A stretch of 64,000 nucleotides of DNA from Octopus bimaculoides (Eukaryota): NCBI RefSeq assembly GCF_001194135.2, contig NC_068996.1:20805579-20869578 (forward strand), given 5' to 3'. How positions within the stretch are numbered: position 1 is the first letter of the stretch; every line of letters begins with the position of its first letter. The position numbers and the translations under genes are program-made. The notes under the pieces are model-generated. The model was not told where the DNA came from, searched no databases, and saw nothing but the letters and a program-made list of their open reading frames with translations. Below are positions 12,324 to 23,446 of this stretch, piece after piece.

Positions 12324-12520
12324 TGGCGAGCTGGCAGAAACGTTAGCACGCCGGGCAAAATGCTTAGCGGTATTTCGTCTGAGTTCAAATTCCACCGAGG
12401 TTGACTTTGCCTTTCATCCTTTCGGGGTCGATAAATTAAGTACCAGTTACACACTGGGGTTGATGTAATCGACTTAATCCCTTTGTCTGTCCTTGTTTGT
12501 CCCCTTGTGGGCAATAAAGA
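12324..12520 (+). mobile_element. tRNA-derived SINE family B (young copy; inverse young copy 18310-18535; many older copies, e.g. 6135-6280, 14745-14930, 30570-30780, 49730-49930, 55760-56140, 57350-57540, 60355-60530)
   Basis: GGCGAGCTGGCAGAAACGTTAGCACGCCGGGC..GAGTTCAAATTCC (B box), then the conserved GAGGTTGACTTTGCCTTTCATCCTTTCGGGGTCGATAAATTAAGTACCAG core repeated throughout the window. Confidence 0.85.
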
Positions 12521-12867
12521 AATAAGAATGTATGTATTGGAATATGAAGGGTCTTATAAAGTTACTTTATGAGGGTTTTGACTGGACTTGAGAACTGTTA
12601 GGATTTTATCCTGCTTTCAGATTCTAGGAATTTCAGTGTTGGTACAAGTAACAGCAGATGTTAATGAGTACAATGATTCCATCATGTCTAATATATTTTC
12701 AGGTGAAAATGTTGCTCTGTGATTCTGTCAGTTACATGATGTGATTTGTACAGCCTTGTAGATTTTTAGATTGTCATACCGTTTTTCTAGGTATCTGATG
12801 GAAGAAAACAAGCCTTTAAGCAGTCACTCAATCTATAATAATTAGCAACAAAATCTTAGATTACCAT

Positions 12868-13098
12868 TTAAACCCTTTAGCATTTAAACCAGCCATATTC
12901 AGCCAAAAATATTCTACTTGTTTTATATTCAAACTGACCAGATCTGGCCTTTCACATCTTTCCTACAATGCTATTTTAAAAATAAAACAATCACAACTTT
13001 GAAATCTCAAAACCACAAGATAAAGCTTGATGAATTCAAAGCAATGTGAATGAGTAAGCGTTACATTTGACAGAATAATCTGAATGTCAAAGGGTTAA
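12868..13098. mobile_element. piggyBac-type MITE, about 230 bp (copies 23655-23822, 47165-47385, 47988-48200, 58306-58532)
   Basis: Termini resembling TTAACCCTTTAGCATT ... AATGCTAAAGGGTTAA (TTAA target plus CCC end) with a shared internal sequence. Confidence 0.75.
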
Positions 13099-13245
13099 AC
13101 ATTAATGAAAATACTTGACAGAAAGATCTAAATATATCAGAAAAGATGACAAGATGGTCATGGCTGATCAAAAGATTTTAGTTTGGCCCAGAGAAACTTG
13201 CTTAATGCAGCTAAAGTCAGAAACATGTTGGATGCATTTGTTGTT

Positions 13246-13603
13246 CAGTTCTATATTTAAGAGATGAGGAATTCTGTACATCATTTACATTCAACGGATG
13301 TTTGTCCTCATCTGGTTTGTTGTTAACACAACGTTTAGGCTGATATACCCTCTGATATATAACTATGCCATATGCCCATGGGCATATGGCGTAGTGGTTA
13401 AGAGTGCAGGCTACTAACCCCAAGATTCCAAGCAGTGATCTGAACACTAATAATAATAATATCGAAAAATACCTTAGGAATGAGAACCCAGGTTTGAAAT
13501 TTCCCCAAGAGACCTGAAGAAGGCTGGAGGGTATATCAGCCAAAACATTGTGTTAACAGCAAACAAGATAAGGACAAATATCCATTGAATGTAAATAATG
13601 TAT
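13246..13603. mobile_element. Palindromic tRNA-head/hammerhead element (family D), copy 1
   Basis: Left arm (internally deleted) begins CAGTTCTATATTTAAGAGATGAGG; perfect 24-bp palindrome at 13367-13390; right arm is tRNA-like head, (AAT)n, then CTGAAGA-A-GGCTG..CAGCC-AAAAC. Confidence 0.8.
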
Positions 13604-14640
13604 ATGTTGTTGTTTATGAGGTCAGACATGAGCCATTAGATCTATGGTCAAGTGGGTTCCTGAAATCGGCATCATGTATCTAGGACTATATTATGCAATA
13701 TGTTCTTCCTTTATAATCCTGAATATGATTTGAGGTATATTTGGTTGCTATTTCTACGAGGTTGTGCACTTACAGAGGTTCTCTAATGATGACAATATAA
13801 CCCTTCATATGGTAGCAGCACATGCTGTATACATTTTACATGTTATTCAACCTTAGAGTCATGGAATCAGTACCTTTTAAAAAGGTTATCTGTTCAATGA
13901 AAGGAACTTTGTCGATCAATTTAATGATGGCAAAAGATTTCTTGCAACAACAGTTTTTTTCTTGGATAAGTATTTTTCTGTTTAACTATATTTTTACTGT
14001 AGAGGAAGCATTTTCCAGAGTTTATTATAATTGTGATCATGTTGAGATTTTGAACCACATCCAAAGCAGAACTTTTCTTCATAATCACTAGTTTGAGGTT
14101 GCCTAATTAAATTGATGTTATCATAATTAATAGTTACATTTTTGTGCATCTTGCATGCTGTTTAACCAAATCATATGTTTGTACCATCAATATTTTTACT
14201 GTGATATTAAATGACTGCAAACAATTTTACCCACATTGTCAACGAATTGATCCTCTTATTACAGTACTACTATCATATTTATTAAAATGCATATTTTTTT
14301 TTACGTATGCTAACATAGATTACATATGATAATGTAGATAATATAGCAAAATGAAGATTGTCTATGTTGGTAAAACCAGGCTAGAATACATTTCTCTCAT
14401 CAGACTTGAACATGAATCAAGTTTTTCAGAATGAATCAAACGATGGTGTTGTTGTTGAGGATAACAAACTACCTCAAGACTGTGAACTTGCTCAGGAATA
14501 ACCTAAACTATTGTATAGTCTAAGTAGCTCTACAAGAATAAATGAAGGATACCAGTAATGAAATACAGTCCTTGATGTGAATGTATATAAAAGAGGAGTG
14601 AAAAAATAACATTTACATGGTAGTGTCACATGCCCTAGAT

Positions 14641-15060
14641 CAGTGGTTCTCAACGGTGGTCCTATAAGATTTTGTTTGCTCAAAATTATGTGGTTATACT
14701 TCTACAATACACAAAGTATTTTTTTTTTATACAAATCCTAATAATCCTTTCTACTATAAGCACAAAGCCTGAAATTTGTGGGGAGGGGTTAAGTTGATCA
14801 CATCAACCCCAAAAGGATGAAAGGTAAAGTTGACATAGGTAGAATTTGAACTCAGAATGTAAAGATGGATGAAATGCCAATAAGCATTTTGTCTGGTGTG
14901 CTAATGTCTCTGCCAGCTCACTGCCTCATATAATTCCTAATTATGTTTGATAATAAAAATATATAATAGGATATTTTAAACACTGAATGGCTATGAGATT
15001 TCACCTGAGTAAAATAAGAAACAAAGTGGTCCATAGCTAAAAAGTGGTTGAGAACCACTG
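14641..15060. mobile_element. hAT-type MITE with a nested family B SINE
   Basis: TIRs CAGTGGTTCTCAAC / GTTGAGAACCACTG. Flanking 8-mers CCCTAGAT and TTTTAGAC both resemble the NTCTAGAN hAT target (decayed TSD). Confidence 0.75.
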
Positions 15061-16255
15061 TTTTAGACGGTTTACATCTTTATATCAACCCAATGTCCAG
15101 GTGATCAGGGTTATTTAAGATGGTTACCAATATGTTGATGATGATTGTGAAAGAGGTACGAAATTTCTTTCTACAACAAATGACATCCAACAAACATTTT
15201 TTTTTCTCATAATTTTATAGAAACAAAAACAAGACAAAAAAACCCATGAAGAAATGTTTTATTTCTTTTATTTTTAATAACTCTTTGGTGTAGGTTTATC
15301 ATTTTAATTGCACAGAAAAATCATTGAAAGAGATGAATCAAAGTATTAAAATCTAAATTAACAAATAAGACTAAATTTTTAACATTGAATAACAAAACAG
15401 TAGAAATAATTTATCAAAACTTAAAGGTTAATCAATATTTATATACATATCGCAAATATGATGTGTAGAAACATTTACGGACAAAAATTAAATGTGTTCA
15501 AATAGTAGATTAACAAAAAAAAAAAAAGTTTTAAAGAATAAATTGTGATTAAATTTACTTTAATTGCATAAAACATTTTCGTTTTTTTTTTTTAGGAATT
15601 TTCATTTTCATTAGCAATATTCGTTTTTTAAAAGCAAGATAAATAACAATATTAAATTGATATACATACGTATACTCATAGATATACACATGTATGTATC
15701 TATCTATACACTTGTGTGTATATGTACATATATCATCAATTTATGTCTGCTTTATATGCTGATATGGGTTGGACGGGTAGTCACATTTAGAGTTTTCTTA
15801 TTTGGAGGTGAACAAACCATTGTTCATTTTGGCATGGTATGGTATCTATGGCTGAATGCCATTTCCTATTACCAACCATTTTATGAAGTGTACTAGGTAC
15901 ATTTTATTGTGGCATCATCACTAGAGAGGTTTTTGTTTCCTCAATAAAACAAAACTACAAAGTCCTTCTTACTGTCTCCACTCTTCAATAATGTTTCCAC
16001 CATTCTGTCAATGTTACACACACACACACTTATGAAGGCATGTAGCCTAGCTGTTAGGTTGTTGCTCTCATAATCACGAGATCATTTCACATTGTTCCAG
16101 TCTACTCAACAGACCTGCGTTCTGTTCAGTGGGAAATGTTGGCCTGCCCAACCTATCCAGCAAGGTGGTATCATTCGAAAGCTAAAACAATGTGAAATAA
16201 TGCTCTGTGACCAGCAGTGTAAAACAACATCCAGTAGTCTGGTTGACACAGCGGG

Positions 16256-16295
<40 letters not shown>

Positions 16296-16405
16296 ATATA
16301 TATATATATATATGGGAGAATTTACGAAAAAAACAACAACAGACGAGGACAGGTGGTGTAAATAACAAAAGGATGTATTAGTTTAACGCTCGGGAATAGA
16401 GAAAG

Positions 16406-16442
16406 TCTTTAACGTTTCGAGCTACGCTCTTCAACAGAAAGA
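16406..16442 (-). ncRNA. Minimal hammerhead-like motif (A6U variant) within a short repeat remnant
   Basis: Minus strand TCTTT|CTGTTGA-A|GAGC-GTA-GCTC|GAAAC-GTT|AAAGA: 5-bp stem I, 4-bp stem II, loopless palindromic ACGT stem III. Confidence 0.55.
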
Positions 16443-16489
16443 ATAAGGAGAAAAACAAGGAGAAAAACACGGAGAAAAAAAAAATTTAT

Positions 16490-16556
<67 letters not shown>

Positions 16557-17269
16557 TACAGAGAGAGAGAGAGAGACACACACAGACACATAGAGATAGA
16601 TAGGTATTTCACTGGTTTTAGTCACTGGACTGTGGCTATGCTGGAGCATTGCCTTCAAGGGTTTTAGCATCTGATAGATACTTAACTAGTCTACTTATGT
16701 TATACTGAATATAGTAAAATACTCTTTGTACACCCACTTTCTTACTAATGTTGTTTGTATTTGATTTTCATGTCACAATGCTTTCAGCATGTTCTTGGAA
16801 AATGGGTGGAGAAAAACAAAACAAAACCAAAGCAGTGTAACAACCAGTTGTATAGTTATAGGTACAAGGCACCCATGCCATATAATTGACAGGGGCAAGC
16901 CACCTATATAGTCGATAGGAATAAACCATTCATTCACTAAAGGAGAATTTGGATATCTATGATTATCCGTATGTTTAAAAAATGTCTAGATGGTATAATA
17001 TGTTTCTGGAATTTAGATAATTTGCAAGACATTTAACAAAAAGTAAAAGCAGATACAAATTTGATGATATGTAATAAGTTTAGGTCATTGACTTTTATCA
17101 TTCTGCATTTAGTATCATTTTATTGGCAGCTGGCAATAAAACTGTTTCATGATTTTCTGGAGCTCTGCCTGTGACCAACTTACTTTGGTATATGCTTGAA
17201 AATATCTTGCATTGTTGTACATTTTTTTATTGCTGTAATACACACACACACATGCAAATGGACATACAA

Positions 17270-17305
<36 letters not shown>

Positions 17306-17819
17306 ATGCTTAAATGTGTTGTGTTTGTTCACCACCACTTGACAACCAGCATTGGTTTGTTTACATCCATACACATTAGCTGTTCAGCAAAAGAAACCAC
17401 TGGAGCAGGTACCAAACTTAAAAAATAATATAAAATTAAACTAAGTACTGGGATATTCTCTATTACACTAACTTATCAGTAAATCTACTCTGTGCGCATG
17501 CTTCATTATAACAGAATGTAGCCCCCGTCTATTTTCTTCTGCTGATGCCTATGACTAAGGTTTATAATTACAATGGGGATGGAGGTTGGAGTCCCTATAC
17601 ACAGTTTCCTTGTTAGGATTTCTGTGAGTGTAGAATTTGCTTGCCTTGAATTGTAGAGTGACATCCATACAATCGGTGGTAATGGTTCACTTGGGGCCAA
17701 ATTTCTCTGGAAATGTTTATAACTTACACTTGGCATAGTCATTCAAAAGGCTTGAGAATGCAAAGCCATATATATATATACATAAACCATATGTGCATGT
17801 ATGCACACACACACAGATA

Positions 17820-17879
<60 letters not shown>

Positions 17880-18001
17880 TGTATATATATATATATATAC
17901 ATACATATGCATGTATCATCTTTGTTTTCAATATATTCAAGCAATCTATTAAATTAAAAAGAAAATAACTATATACACATGGACATTTTTTTTTTCTTCT
18001 T

Positions 18002-18160
18002 TCAGCTAAGACTTTTAGCAAGTGTTTTCAAGCGTCTAAATTCGTTGTTGACAGAAATCAGCTCTTTGGGAAACACAATATTTTTATCTCGGTAGAATGT
18101 CTCAGCGATTCCAAGAAACTCTTCCAGGATGAACTGTGCATTCTTCATTATGAAAGTTTG
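18002..18160 (-). CDS. EXOC8: EXOC8 last coding exon with TGA stop (18002-18004)
   Basis: CAG acceptor. QTFIMKNAQFILEEFLGIAETFYRDKNIVFPKELISVNNEFRRLKTLAKSLS* versus human KAFIRQNASFLYETVLPVVEKRF. The 12 exons sum to 1671 nt, divisible by 3. Confidence 0.9.
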   Translation of the reverse strand, partial: QTFIMKNAQFILEEFLGIAETFYRDKNIVFPKELISVNNEFRRLKTLAKSLS

Positions 18161-19772
18161 CTGAAATATGATGGCATTAAATTAGTAAATTAGTGATCAG
18201 AAATATTAAATAAATCAATACTGAATACATATGATAAAACACTCATTAGAGTTTTCATTAAAAATGACTTTTTAACCATTTGGCAAAATAACTGTTACCT
18301 TATTTTTTTTTATTGCTCACAAGGGGCTAAACATAGAGGGGACAAACAAGGACAGACAAAGGGATTAAGTCGATTACATCAACCCCAGTGTGTAACTGGT
18401 ACTTAATTTATCAATCCCGAAAGGATGAAAGGCAAAGTCGACCTCGGCGGAATTTGAACTCAGAGTGGCAGAAGACGAAATACCGCTTAGTATTTCGCCC
18501 GGCGTGCTAACGTTTCAGCCAGCTTGCCGCCTTAAATAACTTGGCAAAATAACTGTTACCATCATCATCACCATCATGATTTAATGTCCATTTTCCATGC
18601 CGGCTGGGTTGGACAGTTTGACTGAAAACTGGTAAGCTGGGGAGCTGCACCAGGTTCCAATCTGACTTGGCATGGTTTCTATGGCTGGATGCCCTACCTA
18701 ATGCTAACCACTTAACAGAGTGAAGTGCATGCTTTTTATGTGCCACTGATTTGACATGGGTGCCATTGATTTGACACTGACATCAACCTCAGCTACTGTC
18801 ACTTGGCTTGACAGGTCTACATAAACACGGTATACTGCCGAAGGTCTTGGCCACCTGTCACTGCTTCTATGAGGCCCAACACTTAAATGGTGTTTTCTAT
18901 GTGCCACCAGCATGGGTTCCAGTTAGATGGCACTGGCATCAGCCATAACTATGATTTAAGATAAAGCTAAATTGTTTTTATTGAATATCACATCTGCCGG
19001 TGGCATGTAAAAGCACCCACTACACTCTCGGAGTGGTTGGCGTTAGGAAGGGCATCCAGCTGTAGAAACTCTGCCAAATCACATTGGAGCCTGGTGTAGC
19101 CTTCTGGTTTCACCAGTCCTCAGTCAAATCGTCCAACCCATGCTAGCATGGAAAGCAGACGTTAAACGATGATGATGGTACTTAATTTATTTGTGTGCAA
19201 ATTTTGTCTTTCTTTGCAAAGTATATGTGCATCTATGTGAATAAACTTTGCTCAAATTTCTTAAATTAAAAAAACTTCTGATTTCATTTTGAAAACCATG
19301 TGTGTGACAATTTTTTCTTAGTGTGCAGGAAGAACATTGATAAAGTTGTCACCTTTCCTTCTGACTAAAACCTTTAAATGTTTTCTAGGTCTATTCTAAG
19401 ACTTTTCAATCCTAGGCTTAGGTTCTATGGTTGAAGTTTCTTTTCTAAGTGACAGAAGTACAGCACAACTTCTAATGCAGGAAGAAGACAAAGATTATCA
19501 CAAAAAAAAAAAGGCAATATTTGAAATTAACTGAATAAAAGGAGTAGTGCTGCAAAACCACAAGAAGAAACAGAAACAGAGCAGTAAATAACAAAATAAA
19601 AAACAAAACAAAGAAGACAAATTGAAACACAAGAAAATAGAGCAAAGCTTGAAGCTGAAATAGTCAGAATTACTGAAAGATGATAGAAATGAACCTTATC
19701 ACTTTCAGAGGTACAATATCTCTCAGAAAAAGGAAGAAACAGTTTTACATGACAACAAATAATAGTACTTAC

Positions 19773-19963
19773 ATCTTTGGCAAATTTTGCTCGTTTCAAG
19801 GAATTTTGAATGTGTAAAATATGAGCCTTGAAAATATCTGCAATAGCATTGTTGATAAAAACTCCAAGATCTGGAGTATACATCTTCAAAGTATCATCAA
19901 CAAAAATAAGAGTTGTTTTTGTAAACTGAACTGTATTTATCGTCAAATTTACGAAGCAGTCAT
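19773..19963 (-). CDS. EXOC8: EXOC8 exon
   Basis: CAG acceptor, GTAAGT donor. (D)DCFVNLTINTVQFTKTTLIFVDDTLKMYTPDLGVFINNAIADIFKAHILHIQNSLKRAKFAKD versus human DDCWVNLSYTVVAFTKQTMGFLEEALKLYFPEL. 191 nt. Confidence 0.95.
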
Positions 19964-20049
19964 CTGAAATACAACAGGAATTAATGAGTGAGTGTAGAGA
20001 AGAATAATTTTTAATGTAAAAGTGTCCAAACAAAAATGATTAAGAAGTT

Positions 20050-20385
20050 CATCATGCTGCTCACAGTCAGATCATAAAGCATGGCCTAGACACTGCAAGC
20101 TTCCCCTCTCAGCTCAAGCCAACAGGGCTGGGCAGAGGAGAGGCTAAAAGGACAGATGGCATGACAATTTTCCCATTCCATGGAGGTAGACCACTCTTCA
20201 GAGATGTCACTTGTGGTAACACATTCTCCAGCAACAACCTGGTGTGTTTGACTGCCAGCCCAGACTTTGGGAAGGGTAAATTTTCAAAGTATCAGCTGCT
20301 CTCTGACAGATCTGTGGTCAAGCCTATGGCAGAGGAGACCTCTGATGTTCTTTGTCACCTGCATATTTGTCAGTGTATATTACTG
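20050..20385 (+). mobile_element. CRE-like non-LTR retrotransposon fragment (C-terminal restriction-like endonuclease)
   Basis: Open frame HHAAHSQIIKHGLDTASFPSQLKPTGLGRGEAKRTDGMTIFPFHGGRPLFRDVTCGNTF..KYQLLSDRSVVKPMAEETSDVL resembles the RHxxLNDIIKRAL..EPxGLxRxDGKRPDG..WDxTC..KY..P.A.ET.G pattern. Confidence 0.7.
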
Positions 20386-21496
20386 AAGCTGCAAATATCA
20401 ATTAGAATGCTGAAAAAAACTGGTATTTTTTTAACAAATTCCTTTGCAATATTTGTTCTATTCCAAGTTAATGACACACCCTTCTGTTATCAAAAATACA
20501 GCAGACCCTTAATTAGTCTATTAGAAATCTACAACTATTGTTCAGAAACTGAGATATAGAAAATATATATAGAAAACACATAAAAATCTCATATTTAAGG
20601 AATTGAATTGAATAAAACTGTTCTTCAAATGAATACTTAAATATACAAAGAGATGTATGTAATTGACACATCTAGCAGCAAACATTTATACAAGTGACAC
20701 ATCTAAAAGTGTGGATGAATGGGTTACCTCAAAAGATTATGCAGGATACATCCAAGCAAGTTGTTAAATATTCTTTTATTCTTTTACTTTGACTGAAACA
20801 AGTAAACAAGTGCTGGAGCACTGCCTTGGAGGGTTACACACATACATGATGGGCTTCTTTCAGTTTCTGTCTTACAAATCCACTCACAAGGCTTTGGTTG
20901 ATTTGAGGCTATAGTAGAAGACACTTGACCAAGGTGCCATGCAGTGAGACCAAACCTGGAACCATGTGGTTGAGAAACAAGCTTCTTACCACACAGCCAT
21001 GCCTTATTTAAAAGTATATTTTTAAGAGTCCCATAGTAATTCTAAAGACTGGAGTTTATCACTAATTTCATGTTGATGAGAAATGAATATCACCCTGTAT
21101 AGGATGACACTTATCTCATGGAACATTCCTAAAATATCTATTGTCCATTTGCAATAGCTTGAGGAAATGAGGTATTTGGAGCTAAAGACCATGTCCAAAT
21201 ACAGAACGAAATGTAGAGACATGAGTTGAAATTCCATACTATTAGAAGCTGGTCACATTTTTCATGATTTCTTTGACATCTTTGAATTCCAGTTTCATGC
21301 ATGATACCTTTAATTATATTCTTAACAAATATTCAAACTGTCACACTGTACCCCAGTTCATAACAGAGTTAGGTAGTGGCATGGTATAAGATACATCTGT
21401 GGGTCACATTTTGTTGCTTGATCAGAGCTGACCTGTGACCACACAACAACAACAACAACAGTGACCAAAAATATGCATTAAAAAATACATATTTAC

Positions 21497-21602
21497 CATA
21501 AACACATGTAGACATCTGACTGAAACCAAGAAGCTGCATGTCTTCTATAAATCTGTCACAAGCAGTTTTACTGAGATGGTTCATTGGTCGCCACAAGTCA
21601 TC
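21497..21602 (-). CDS. EXOC8: EXOC8 exon
   Basis: AAG acceptor, GTAAAT donor. DDLWRPMNHLSKTACDRFIEDMQLLGFSQMSTCVY+G versus human EEMWRRMNLMTPEALGKLKEEMKSCG. 106 nt. Confidence 0.92.
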
Positions 21603-21741
21603 CTTTATTAAAACACCAAAAAAAAAAGAGAGAGAATATAAATAAAAATCTAAAACAGTGGTTTTTAAAAAAAAATATCAAAGTAAACATTATACCGTGT
21701 TATCATGAAATATATAATAGTTAAAATAACTTATACACACA

Positions 21742-22030
21742 CACCAGGTAAGTAACAGTATATATACCAGGTAATTGACAATATATATACCAAGTAATTA
21801 GCAGTGTATATAGTAGGTAATTAATAGTATATATACCAAGTACTTAATAATATATATAGCAGGTAATTAAGAGCATATACCAGATAATTAAGAGTATATA
21901 TAGCAGGTAATTAGCAGTATATATAGCAGGTAATAAACAGTATATATATATATATATATATATATATAGCAAGTAATTAACAACATATACACCTTGTAAT
22001 TAACAAGATATATACCAGGTAAGTAACATT
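21742..22030. repeat. About 21-23-bp minisatellite (TATATACCAGGTAATTAACAG-like, about 12 units) with an internal (TA)n expansion
   Basis: Direct reading; lies inside the 557-bp EXOC8 intron 21603-22159. Confidence 0.85.
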
Positions 22031-22159
22031 AATATAAATTAGGTCAATTAGTATATATATATTGTAATAGACAGAGGATATGCTCTTAGATAAACTCACA
22101 AATTACATGGTGAATCAATCAATATTAAAAAAAAATTAAGAACATTAATAATATCTTAC

Positions 22160-22279
22160 AGCAGCTCTGTACTTGACACCCTCAATAATATGATCTTTTG
22201 TCTCTTGTATAACTCGTTTGATATCATCATTGATAAATAAGTCCAATGTGAAGCTAAGATCAAGGCCAATGGAATGAAG
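22160..22279 (-). CDS. EXOC8: EXOC8 exon
   Basis: TAG acceptor, GTAAGA donor. LHSIGLDLSFTLDLFINDDIKRVIQETKDHIIEGVKYRAA versus human LGDIGLDLTFIIHALLVKDIQGALHSYKEIIIEATKHRNS. 120 nt. Confidence 0.95.
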
Positions 22280-22481
22280 CTAAAAAAAAAACAAAAAAAA
22301 AACACACCAAAAGTTTTAAATTGTTTGTGATAACAGATATTGATAGGGAGATAAGGATAATGATTAACCGAGGTGATGATAATATATCTCATTCAAGTTC
22401 TACATTATTGAAACTTTTTATTTCTCTGATTGTAAAAATAAGTAAGTACTAATATAAAATTGTGTATAAAACTAACATATA

Positions 22482-22888
22482 GGCGTAGGAGTGGCTGTGT
22501 GGTAAGTAGCTTGCTTACCAACCACATGGTTCCAGGTTCAGTCCCACTGCGTGGCACCTTGGGCAAGTGTCTTCTACTATAGCCTCGGGCTGACCAAAGC
22601 CTTGTGAGTGGATTTGGTAGACGGAAACTGAAAGAAGCCCGTCGTATATATGTATGTATATATATATATATGTGTGTGTTTGTGTGTCTGTGTTTGTCCC
22701 CCCACCATCGCTTGACAACCGATGCTGATGTGTTTACGTCCCCGTAAGTTAGCGGTTCGGCAAAAGAGACCGATAGAATAAGTACTAGGCTTCCAAAGAA
22801 TAAGTCCTGGGGTCGATTTGCTTGACTAAAGGCGGTGCTCCAGCATGGCCACAGTCAAAAGACTGAAACAAGTAAATGAGTAAAGAGT
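22482..22888 (+). mobile_element. tRNA-derived SINE family A, full-length (others: 39044-39452 +, 47539-47958 -, 28440-28674 -, partials at 20850-21003, 34390-34540, 38300-38860, 46050-46360, 50140-50400, 54590-54960, 57720-58060)
   Basis: GGCGTAGGAGTGGCTGTGTGGTAAG (A box), GGTTCAGTCCC (B box), CCTTGGGCAAGTGTCTTCTACTATAGCC core, internal (TA)/(TG)n, 3' half ending CCAGCATGGCCACAGTCAAA..GAAACAAGTAAA(AGAGTA)n. Confidence 0.9.
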
Positions 22889-23268
22889 ATATGTAACATT
22901 CAACAGTTCAGTCCACCCGTCTATAACGAAGAACCACAGGGTGGTATAATTTGTTACATTATACAAACTATAAAATTGATGAGTGTTATACTACAATGGA
23001 GTAAAATCCAACAGTAAGTAGGGTACATTTCTCTTGTTCAGGAGGAAGAGGGAGGATGGTAAACATTTCCATAAAACAATTACAGTTGTTAGAGAAACCA
23101 ATGTCATATGGGGATGTGTCAAGTTTATTGTATTGCTCAACATTTTAAGGCACAAACTGATTACAAAACAAACAAAAAAAAAAATTTCTAGTTTAAAAGA
23201 AAAATTTATTTGTAGAGGATTTGGAATGAAGTTTAAGTTACTAATTAGGAATGAAGTTTAAGTTACTA

Positions 23269-23446
23269 ATTGTGCCTTAAAATTTAACACACTCACCAGT
23301 AAAATTTCCACTTATTTTTCTTATTACTTTCCTAAAATTTTCAAGACTATTGATAAGGTTGCAAGACACAATGAAAATTTTAGGACAGTAAAAATAAAAA
23401 TAAGTGGAAATTTTACCAGTGAGTGTGTTAAATTTTAAGGCACAAT
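23269..23446. mobile_element. MITE / fold-back, about 180 bp with about 75-bp inverted arms
   Basis: ATTGTGCCTTAAAATTTAACACACTCACCAGTAAAATTTCCACTTATTTTT ... AAAAATAAGTGGAAATTTTACCAGTGAGTGTGTTAAATTTTAAGGCACAAT. Confidence 0.75.

Noticed and set aside
11400-12800. Possible very old LINE remnant on the minus strand
   Set aside because: Only vague resemblance; no diagnostic motif could be read
13860-14095. Possible IS630/Tc1-like transposase scraps (TTVFFLDK, VEEAFSRV) or a CxxC-containing minus-strand exon
   Set aside because: Motifs are short, lie in different frames and lack usable splice sites; would need TBLASTN support
14404-14501. Candidate plus-strand terminal exon (CAG|..MNQVFQNESNDGVVVEDNKLPQDCELAQE*)
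   Set aside because: No recognisable homology and no upstream partner exons found; needs RNA-seq
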